The notes below the pieces were generated by a model. That model was not told the DNA's origin. It did no database searches and saw only the letters and a program-made list of their open reading frames with translations. DNA of 64,000 nt from positions 16,205 to 80,204 of the forward strand of contig QWJF01000003.1 in NCBI GenBank assembly GCA_009391835.1, in the 5' to 3' direction. This document shows, in pieces, positions 44,895-52,456 of this stretch; within the stretch, counting starts at the first letter, position 1, and each line of letters opens with the position of its first letter. Position numbers and translations under genes: made by a program. The DNA comes from Chloroflexota bacterium (lineage in GTDB: Bacteria > Chloroflexota > Anaerolineae > Anaerolineales > UBA11579).

Positions 44895-46689
44895 CGTCGA
44901 GGCGTAAGACGGCGAGGAAAGCCTCCTGAGGGATTTCCACACTTCCAACCATCTTCATGCGCTTCTTGCCCTTTTTCTGCTTTTCGAGCAACTTGCGTTT
45001 GCGGGTCACATCGCCACCGTAGCATTTTGCCAAAACATCTTTGCGAAGCGCTTTAACGTTGGCACGCGATATTACGCGCCCCCCTGAGATCGCCTGGATG
45101 GGGACGACGAAAAGCTGCTGAGGAATCAGATCTTTCAGTTTGGAGATCAGAGCTTGGCCGCGATGGTAGGCCTTGTCTTTATGGACGATGGAAGCCAGTG
45201 CGTCCACGGGTTCAAGATTAACGAGAATGTCCAGTTTAACCAAATCCTCGGGGCGGTATTCCTTGAATTGATAATCCATCGAAGCATAGCCACGGGTAGC
45301 GGATTTGAGTTGGTCGAAAAAATCGACGATCAATTCAGCGAGGGGAATCTCAAAATTGAGTTGAACGCGATCCGGTGAAGGATACTCCTCGCCAATGTAG
45401 GTAGCACGACGCTTCGTGGCCACGTCCATAACTGGGCCATAGTACTCGGTGGGGGTAAAGATTTGAACATCCATCCAGGGTTCACGGATTTCTTCAAGCT
45501 CGTCTTCCTCGGGCAAACCAGCCGGGGAATCAATGCGGATTGTCTCGCCGTTTTTGAGTAGCACCTGGTAAGCCACGGATGGCGCGGTGACAATAATATC
45601 CAAATCGTATTCACGCTCAAGGCGTTCCTGGATGATCTCCATATGAAACATACCCAGAAAGCCGCAACGAAACCCATAGTTGAGGGCCTGAGAAACTTCC
45701 TGCTCATAAACCAGTGAGGCATCATTGAGTTGAAGCTTTTCAAGCGCGTCTTTCAGATCATCGTAATCTTCACCCTCGATAGGATAAATGCCCGCGAAGA
45801 CCATCGGCTTTACCTGGCGATAGCCGGGCAAAGGCTCAGGAGCGGGATTCGATTTGGTGGTAAGGGTATCCCCCACTCTGCATTCCGATACCGATTTCAA
45901 GCCGGTAGCCACATAGCCCACTTCCCCGGATTCCAACACATTTGTGGCGCGCATGGCAGGCGCAAAGATACCCACCTCGATGGGCCTCATGGAAACACCT
46001 GTAGCGATGAGATGCAAGCTTTGCTCTCCCTCGATGCGGCCATCCACCACGCGAATATAGGCCACTACACCCTTGTAGGAATCGTAATGCGTATCGAAGA
46101 TGAGCGCCCGCAAGGGAGCATCAGCATTGCCCTTCGGCTGCGGCACCCGCTGAACTATGGCTTCGAGAACCAGCTCAACATTCTCGCCTCTTTTGGCTGA
46201 AATTTGCAAAATATCTTCACTGGGGGTGCCAATCAGTTGGCTTATTTCGGCGGCAACCTCCTCAGGGCGAGCAGAAGGCATATCGATCTTGTTGATCACC
46301 GGGATGATCTCCAAATCAGCTTCAAGGGCCAAATAGAGATTAGCTAGCGTTTGGGCCTGAACGCCCTGGGTGGCATCCACGACGAGAACGGCTCCTTCGC
46401 AGGCATTGAGCGCGCGGCTCACTTCGTAACCAAAATCAACGTGTCCGGGGGTGTCAATAAGATTCAACTCGTATTCGTTTTTGTCAGCAGATTTGTAACG
46501 CATACGCACCGCAGAGGCTTTGATGGTGACGCCTTTTTCGCGTTCGAGATCCATCGTATCCAGTACCTGGTCGGTCATTTCTCGCGCGGAAACCGTCTCC
46601 GTGAGTTGGAGCATACGGTCAGCTAGCGTGGATTTGCCGTGGTCAATATGAGCTATGATGCAGAAATTACGGATGCGTTGGGTTGTCAT
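44887..46689 (-). CDS. lepA: translation elongation factor 4 (LepA)
   Basis: The start is at [25 protein letters not shown] (G1 motif), with DTPGH (G3) and NKID (G4). The LepA-specific C-terminal domain ends ...[22 protein letters not shown]. Confidence 0.97.
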   Translation of the reverse strand: MTTQRIRNFCIIAHIDHGKSTLADRMLQLTETVSAREMTDQVLDTMDLEREKGVTIKASAVRMRYKSADKNEYELNLIDTPGHVDFGYEVSRALNACEGAVLVVDATQGVQAQTLANLYLALEADLEIIPVINKIDMPSARPEEVAAEISQLIGTPSEDILQISAKRGENVELVLEAIVQRVPQPKGNADAPLRALIFDTHYDSYKGVVAYIRVVDGRIEGEQSLHLIATGVSMRPIEVGIFAPAMRATNVLESGEVGYVATGLKSVSECRVGDTLTTKSNPAPEPLPGYRQVKPMVFAGIYPIEGEDYDDLKDALEKLQLNDASLVYEQEVSQALNYGFRCGFLGMFHMEIIQERLEREYDLDIIVTAPSVAYQVLLKNGETIRIDSPAGLPEEDELEEIREPWMDVQIFTPTEYYGPVMDVATKRRATYIGEEYPSPDRVQLNFEIPLAELIVDFFDQLKSATRGYASMDYQFKEYRPEDLVKLDILVNLEPVDALASIVHKDKAYHRGQALISKLKDLIPQQLFVVPIQAISGGRVISRANVKALRKDVLAKCYGGDVTRKRKLLEKQKKGKKRMKMVGSVEIPQEAFLAVLRLDDD

Positions 46690-46850
46690 GAGCCGTGGAA
46701 GTATAACCGACCGGGTCAGCAGGATGAACGGCACAAAAACGCACTTGACCGAGAAAAACGTACGTATTTTCCAGCCTGATTACTCAGAAAACCTGCTACT
46801 ATCCTGGGAATCTCAAGGGAGAAAGCGAGCAAAAATGCCAAGGAGCGATT

Positions 46851-48452
46851 ATGTCTGTTGAGTGGGGTTACGCCTCAACCCTGATTGTTGCCAGCCTGAT
46901 GTCTATTGGAGTAGCCAACACCGCCTGGCGGCGACGCAGTTCGCCGGGGAGCACTCCGCTTGCGGCGTTAATGATTAGCCTGGCATTCTGGTCGTTTACG
47001 TATTCGTTGCATTGGCTGCGAGTGCCTGAACCAAGGGATTTATTTTGGGTTGATCTCACCTATCTGGCAGTGGTACTCGTTCCAGTTGCCTTCCTGGGAT
47101 TTACTTTCCAAGTTACTAATCGGGGTCATCTGCTCAAAAAGCGCAACATTTTGGCGCTGAGCATCATTCCGGCACTCACGCTTGTTTTGCTTTGGACGGA
47201 TTCTTCTCACAGGCTATTTTTTGGCGACGTCGTACGCAGCGTAGACCAGGCCGCGATTTTCGAAGGTGGCCCCTGGTTCTATATTCACGTAGCCTATTCA
47301 TACAGTTTGATCCTGGTGACTTTAGGATTGCTTATCCAAGCTTTCACACGCGCCAAAGGCCTTTATCGGCAACAAATGAGCGCCATCCTTACTGGAATCT
47401 CCTTTCCTTTAGCGGTGAATATCATTGGTTTGATGGGTAATCCGCCATTTCCTAGACTAGATCTTACGCCATTGGCCTTCACACTTACCGGAATTTTCTT
47501 TGCGATTGCCCTGTATAGGCTTGGATTTCTCGAGATTTTGCCGATTGCCCGAGATTCAGTCGTTGAAGTCATGAGCGACGGCGTGTTGGTGCTCGACAAT
47601 CAAAACCGGGTCGTGGATATAAATCCCGCCGCGAGGCAGCTGATTGGCCTTAATCGAGAAATTGCTGTGGGTAGGCCGGCCGCCGAACTGCTATCGGCGT
47701 GGCCCAAACTGGTTGAGCGTTTTCGCGACACTCAGGATATTAAGGAGGAAATCCGGTTGCCCGGCAAGACAGTGCGCACTATCGACTTGCGCATTAACGC
47801 CCTGCACGACTGGGGCCAGGTTCCGCGGGGGCGGTTGATCATCCTGCGAGACATTTCAGAACGGGTGAAGATCGAAGAGGAGTTGCGCAAATTAAACCAA
47901 CGGTTGCAGAGCCAACTCGACGAAAACAAAGCGCTCCAGCTCAAGCTGCGTGAGCAGGCGATTCGAGACCCATTGACCCGATTGTTTAACCGGCGCTATT
48001 TAAAAGAATCATTGGGGCAGGAACTGGCCCAAATGGAACGCATGGATCAGCCTTTATGCGTCGCGATGCTGGATATCGATGCTTTTAAGACATTCAACGA
48101 CGATCATGGCCACGCCGTGGGCGACCAAATGCTGCAAAGCCTGGCACATATCCTCACTGAAAGCACGCGCGCCGGGGATATTGTTTGCCGTTATGGTGGT
48201 GAGGAGTTTGTGGTGGTGATGCCTGGGGCAGCCAAAGGAACGGCCTTGCTGCGCGTTGATTACATCAGGCAAGCCTTTGAACAATCAGTTCTTGAGCATG
48301 AGGGACATGAGCTTTCTTCCACACTTTCGGCTGGCGTAGCCAGTTATCCTGAGGACGGAAAAATATCAGAAACGTTGCTGGAACTAGCTGACCAGGCCAT
48401 GTACAAGGCCAAGGAACGGGGACGCAACCTAGTAGTTGCCCTAAACGATTAG
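46851..48452 (+). CDS. diguanylate cyclase with N-terminal 7TM sensor module and PAS domain
   Basis: 533 aa with seven hydrophobic helices in residues 1-230. It has a PAS-like segment, a coiled-coil linker, and a GGDEF domain with an active GGEEF (RYGGEEF) and an RxxD I-site (RAGD) five residues upstream. AAGGAG sits 5 nt before the ATG. Confidence 0.9.
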   Translation: MSVEWGYASTLIVASLMSIGVANTAWRRRSSPGSTPLAALMISLAFWSFTYSLHWLRVPEPRDLFWVDLTYLAVVLVPVAFLGFTFQVTNRGHLLKKRNILALSIIPALTLVLLWTDSSHRLFFGDVVRSVDQAAIFEGGPWFYIHVAYSYSLILVTLGLLIQAFTRAKGLYRQQMSAILTGISFPLAVNIIGLMGNPPFPRLDLTPLAFTLTGIFFAIALYRLGFLEILPIARDSVVEVMSDGVLVLDNQNRVVDINPAARQLIGLNREIAVGRPAAELLSAWPKLVERFRDTQDIKEEIRLPGKTVRTIDLRINALHDWGQVPRGRLIILRDISERVKIEEELRKLNQRLQSQLDENKALQLKLREQAIRDPLTRLFNRRYLKESLGQELAQMERMDQPLCVAMLDIDAFKTFNDDHGHAVGDQMLQSLAHILTESTRAGDIVCRYGGEEFVVVMPGAAKGTALLRVDYIRQAFEQSVLEHEGHELSSTLSAGVASYPEDGKISETLLELADQAMYKAKERGRNLVVALND

Positions 48453-48892
48453 GGGCTTTTATCCTTTACTGGCTCCAAGATGATGATCGGGATGAGCCGG
48501 TCCGTTTTCTTTTCATAGCGTTGGTAGGCGGCTTCCATGTTTTTAAAATCTTCCCATAGGCGACGTCGCTCGTCGCCCTTTTCCTCACGAGCCAGCACAG
48601 ACAACATTATCTTGCCGATTTGTATTTGGGCATGAGGCTCAGCTAGTAAATTGAAGCGCCAACCCGGATGTACATCAGCACCACCATTGGAGGCAGCAAT
48701 CACGAAATTGACGCCATCCCTTCTGTAACTAATCGCGTTAACGCGCCGTCTCTGCGTACGGCGGCCAACTGTATACAACAATAGCACCGGCATGTCCAAC
48801 AAACGCGCCCCCAGCCGCCCCCCACTCCACATATAAATCCACAGGTGAAGTTTCCAGATAAAACGAATCAACAAATTGTCTTTGGGCGGCAT
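48449..48892 (-). CDS. deazaflavin-dependent nitroreductase (DDN/DUF385) family protein
   Basis: 147 aa. LLLYTVGRRTQRRRVNAISYRRDGVNFVIAASNGGADVHPGWRFNL matches the split-barrel DDN family pattern (GRKSG...P..Y..DG....VAS.GG....P.W..NL). Confidence 0.75.
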   Translation of the reverse strand: MPPKDNLLIRFIWKLHLWIYMWSGGRLGARLLDMPVLLLYTVGRRTQRRRVNAISYRRDGVNFVIAASNGGADVHPGWRFNLLAEPHAQIQIGKIMLSVLAREEKGDERRRLWEDFKNMEAAYQRYEKKTDRLIPIIILEPVKDKSP

Positions 48893-49695
48893 CAGGCGCT
48901 TTCCTCGGCAGCAACAACTTGATCCATTGCGTACTCAATCAAAGCACTGTCCTCAATTTTTGGTGATTTTCCTGGATTGAATTGCACTAAAAATTCCACA
49001 TTGCCCTTAGGGCCCCGAATCGGGGATGTGATCAGTTTCTGGGGAGCGAGGCCCATCTGGGCTCCGGATTCAAGAATATCGGCGAGCACCTGACGATGAA
49101 TTTCGGGATCCCTGATTACCCCCTTGCCGCGGCTAACCTGAGCCCGACCCGCTTCGAACTGGGGCTTGATCAAGGCAATGATCACCCCATGATCCGAAAG
49201 CCAATTAATTACTACCGGAAGCAAAATTTTGAGAGAAATAAACGAAGTGTCCACGGTTGCAAGCTCGATAAGTTCAGGGAGCGCAGCCAGATGTCGGGCG
49301 TTTTGCTTCTCCATCACAATGACGCGTGGATCTTGACGCAGCTTCCAATGCAGTTGGCCGCGCCCCACATCAATTGCATACACTTTGGCTGCACCATGCT
49401 GGATCAGGCAATCGGTGAAGCCGCCGGTCGAGGCGCCCACATCCGCGCAAATCAAATTCTTTACGGAGAAAGGAAAGGCGTTGAGGGCTGAATCCAGTTT
49501 TTCGCCGCCGCGCGAAACATAGCGGGGTGGTTTTGCAAGATCCAGGGCCACATCTTGATCCAGCATGGATGCGGGTTTGGGAACCAATTGGCCGGCAGCC
49601 CGCACCTGCCCGGCCATAACCAGGCGCTGTGCGAGAGCGCGGCTTTCGGCCAAGCCGCGTTCAACCAGCAACTGATCCGCGCGCTTTTTAGCCAT
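48892..49695 (-). CDS. tlyA: TlyA family rRNA (cytidine-2'-O)-methyltransferase
   Basis: 267 aa. It has an N-terminal S4-like RADQLLVERGLAESRALAQRLVMAGQV, then YVSRGGEKL and the SAM motif ADVGASTGGFTD. Confidence 0.9.
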   Translation of the reverse strand: MAKKRADQLLVERGLAESRALAQRLVMAGQVRAAGQLVPKPASMLDQDVALDLAKPPRYVSRGGEKLDSALNAFPFSVKNLICADVGASTGGFTDCLIQHGAAKVYAIDVGRGQLHWKLRQDPRVIVMEKQNARHLAALPELIELATVDTSFISLKILLPVVINWLSDHGVIIALIKPQFEAGRAQVSRGKGVIRDPEIHRQVLADILESGAQMGLAPQKLITSPIRGPKGNVEFLVQFNPGKSPKIEDSALIEYAMDQVVAAEESA

Positions 49696-49759
49696 TGCGG
49701 CATTCTATCACCCGCCTTTCGCGTTGTTCTCTCCCCTAAAGGATGCTATTATCTTCACC

Positions 49760-50629
49760 ATGTTTTCAGCCCTAATCAAAAACATGCGCCTAAAGCAATG
49801 GGCTAAGAATGGATTGCTGTTTGCCGGTCTGATTTTCGACCGGCAACTCACCAATTGGCCTTCGGTGCTTATTACGCTTGAGGGGTTTTTGCTGTTTGGT
49901 TTGCTTTCCTCAGGCGTGTATCTGCTCAACGATTTAATCGATCTGGAAGCCGACCGGCGACATCCGCGCAAGCGTTCCCGCCCGATTGCCTCAGGCAAGT
50001 TGGCGATCCCTGTCGCGGTGGGGGCGGCTATCTTGTTTTTCGCTTCAGCTTTTTTCTTTGGCTACCGGCTTTCGCCCGCTTTTGCCCTCGTTGCCTTGAT
50101 TTCTCTACTGCTCAATCTCAGTTATTCGTTGTGGCTGAAGCACATCCCCATTCTCGATGTAATCGTACTGGCCAGTTTTTATGTGCTACGTGTGGCCGCC
50201 GGTGTCACGCTGGTTGATGTCCAGCGCTTTTCTCCCTGGCTCTACGTGTTCACCACCTTTATGGCACTGTTTCTCGGGGTGGCAAAACGACGAGCCGAGC
50301 TGGCCCTGGTCGAAGGCGGCAGATCTCAGACGCGGCGGGTACTGGCAGGGTACACAGCACCCTTCCTTGATCAGATGCTGCAAACAGTTCTGACCCTAGC
50401 AATCCTGACCTACAGTCTATACACGTTTTCGGCGCCCAACTTGCCAGAAAACCATGCCATGATGTTGACGATTCCCTTCGTGATCTATGGCGCATTTCGC
50501 TATCTTTACTTGGTGCAGGTCATGAACAGTGGGGAAGCCCCAGAAGAAATCTTATTCAGCGATAGGCCGATACAGGCAACCGTGTTGCTCTGGGGCCTGA
50601 CCGTTCTCTACATTTTCTACACTTATTAG
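49760..50629 (+). CDS. UbiA-superfamily polyprenyl-phosphate phosphoribosyltransferase (decaprenyl-phosphate 5-phosphoribosyltransferase-like)
   Basis: About 289 aa starting from ATG 49760. The blocks RLKQWAKN, YLLNDLIDLEADRRHPRKRSRPIASG, VAKRRAEL and GEAPEEILFSDRPIQ align by eye with the Rv3806c-type motifs RPRQWVKN, YLVNDVRDVEADREHPTKRFRPIAAG, GKRYAEL and GEPEDIALRDRVLQ. Confidence 0.8.
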   Translation: MFSALIKNMRLKQWAKNGLLFAGLIFDRQLTNWPSVLITLEGFLLFGLLSSGVYLLNDLIDLEADRRHPRKRSRPIASGKLAIPVAVGAAILFFASAFFFGYRLSPAFALVALISLLLNLSYSLWLKHIPILDVIVLASFYVLRVAAGVTLVDVQRFSPWLYVFTTFMALFLGVAKRRAELALVEGGRSQTRRVLAGYTAPFLDQMLQTVLTLAILTYSLYTFSAPNLPENHAMMLTIPFVIYGAFRYLYLVQVMNSGEAPEEILFSDRPIQATVLLWGLTVLYIFYTY

Positions 50630-50634
50630 CCCCC

Positions 50635-51576
50635 ATGCCTGCTAGCATTGCATCAGCCCCAGGCAAGGTGATCTTGTTTGGCGAACACGCGGTTGTATAT
50701 GGTCAGCCGGCAATCGCCGTCCCGGTGGCAGACGTGCAGGCAAAAGCAATCGTGCAACCAGATATAGGTGCGCCGAGTGGGCAGGTGCATATCCATTCCG
50801 AGGCCACTCAACTGGATGGATTGCTGCAGGATTTCGGGGAGAACGAACCGGTCGCCGCCGCGCTGCGACTAACCTTGCGTAAATTCGGGATTGACACCCC
50901 GCCCGCCTTTAAACTTCGCATTCAGTCCAGCATTCCCGTGGCCGCCGGACTGGGCTCGGGGGCTGCGGTTTCCGTAGCGATTATCCGGGCTGTATCCGAC
51001 TTTCTGGGACACCCGCTTCCAGACGAAGCCGTCTCCGCGCTGGCCTATGAGGTAGAAAAACTGCATCATGGCACACCATCAGGGATTGATAATGCAGTGG
51101 TAACCTTTGCAAAACCTGTGTATTTCGTACGCGATCAAACGCTTGAGGCCTTTCAGGTAGGCGCGCCATTTACCCTGGTGATCGGCGACACGGGCGTAGC
51201 TAGCCCCACGCGCGCAGCCGTCGAAGACGTGCGGACCGCTTGGCGAGCGGACCAGAATCGATATGAGGCCTTGTTTGGCGAGATTGGCGCACTCAGCAAT
51301 TTAGCCCGCAAAAAGATTGAACAGGGTGAGATCGAATCAGTCGGCCCCCTCATGGACGCCAACCAAAAGCTCCTCCACGCGATTGGGGTCTCAACATCTG
51401 AACTTGATACACTCATTCAGGCTGCGCGGCAGGCTGGCGCAAGCGGGGCTAAGCTTTCCGGTGGCGGGCGAGGTGGAAACATGATTGCCTTGGCCCCCGA
51501 GGGAAGCGCCCAGGCAATTAGCGAAGCGTTGTTTGAGGCAGGCGCAACGAACACCATAGTGACAACAGTGCAATGA
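50635..51576 (+). CDS. mvk: mevalonate kinase
   Basis: 313 aa. The N-terminus is ASAPGKVILFGEHAVVYG, the GHMP ATP motif is PVAAGLGSGAAVSVA, and the C-terminus has GAKLSGGGRGG. Confidence 0.85.
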   Translation: MPASIASAPGKVILFGEHAVVYGQPAIAVPVADVQAKAIVQPDIGAPSGQVHIHSEATQLDGLLQDFGENEPVAAALRLTLRKFGIDTPPAFKLRIQSSIPVAAGLGSGAAVSVAIIRAVSDFLGHPLPDEAVSALAYEVEKLHHGTPSGIDNAVVTFAKPVYFVRDQTLEAFQVGAPFTLVIGDTGVASPTRAAVEDVRTAWRADQNRYEALFGEIGALSNLARKKIEQGEIESVGPLMDANQKLLHAIGVSTSELDTLIQAARQAGASGAKLSGGGRGGNMIALAPEGSAQAISEALFEAGATNTIVTTVQ

Positions 51577-52382
51577 AAAAAGAAATCATTTTTCTCAAAT
51601 TGGGCGGGTCGCTGATCACCGATAAGGCGAAGCCGTCCACTGCGCGCGAAGGCCGAATTCAGCAACTCGCCGAGGAAATCGCTCAATTTCTGAATGAAAA
51701 TCCGGAAATTCGCTTGCTCTTGGGCCACGGCTCGGGATCCTTCGGGCATGTCGCCGCCAAAAAACACGGCACGCGTCAAGGTGTAGATGGGGAGGCCGGA
51801 TGGCGTGGGTTTGCTGAGGTGTGGGCCCAGGCCGCCAACTTAAACCAACTTGTCGTCCGCGCGCTGCAAAAGGCAAGTTTGCCGGTGCTTGTTTTTCCGC
51901 CATCGGCTTCTGCGTGGGCAAAAGATGGGGCCATCTCGAATTGGGATCTGCGGCCTGTTGAAAAAGCGTTGGCTGCAGGCCTGCTGCCCCTTGTGTATGG
52001 CGATGTCGCGTTTGATCAGGAGAGGGGCGGCACAGTCCTCTCCACCGAGGATTTATTCGTTTATTTGGCCGACAAGCTCAGGCCTCAAAGTATATTATTG
52101 GCCGCGGACGAACCCGTCTATGCGGAATATCCCGCGCGGGACAAAATTATTCCCGAGGTCACCCCTCGGACATTCGCCGGATTAAGCGCAAGTATGGGCG
52201 CAGCCGGGAACAAGGATGTAACCGGTGGAATGAAGAGCAAAGTTCAACGCATGCTCGATGTAGTGGAAACCAATCCGGACTGCGAAGTACGAATTTTTGA
52301 CGCCAAGAGAAAGGGCGAACTATTAAGTGCATTACGGGGGGAGGAATCCCCAGGGACCAGGATCAAAAGCGATAAAGCCTAG
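51573..52382 (+). CDS. isopentenyl phosphate kinase (amino-acid-kinase fold)
   Basis: 269 aa. IIFLKLGGSLITDK...LLLGHGSGSFGH closely parallels the archaeal IPK N-terminus (ILKLGGSILSDK...ILVHGGGAFGH). It has a 4-nt ATGA overlap with mvk. Confidence 0.85.
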   Translation: MKKEIIFLKLGGSLITDKAKPSTAREGRIQQLAEEIAQFLNENPEIRLLLGHGSGSFGHVAAKKHGTRQGVDGEAGWRGFAEVWAQAANLNQLVVRALQKASLPVLVFPPSASAWAKDGAISNWDLRPVEKALAAGLLPLVYGDVAFDQERGGTVLSTEDLFVYLADKLRPQSILLAADEPVYAEYPARDKIIPEVTPRTFAGLSASMGAAGNKDVTGGMKSKVQRMLDVVETNPDCEVRIFDAKRKGELLSALRGEESPGTRIKSDKA

Positions 52383-52403
52383 TTTGGGCAACATGACCCT
52401 ACG

Positions 52404-52432
52404 TTGACAGTGGCTTCTGGGGCCATTAAACT
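52404..52432 (+). promoter_or_regulatory. candidate promoter for dgt-greA
   Basis: TTGACA (52404-52409), a 17-nt spacer, then TAAACT (52427-52432), 25 nt upstream of the dgt ATG. Confidence 0.4.
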
Positions 52433-52456
52433 TACTTTTCGCCAAAGCGAGACAAA

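Noticed and set aside
44895-44948. The N-terminal extension of the UPF0104 ORF to 44948.
   Set aside because: It would overlap the lepA 3' end by 62 nt. The ATG at 44894 (or 44852) leaves the hydrophobic core intact. The exact start remains uncertain.
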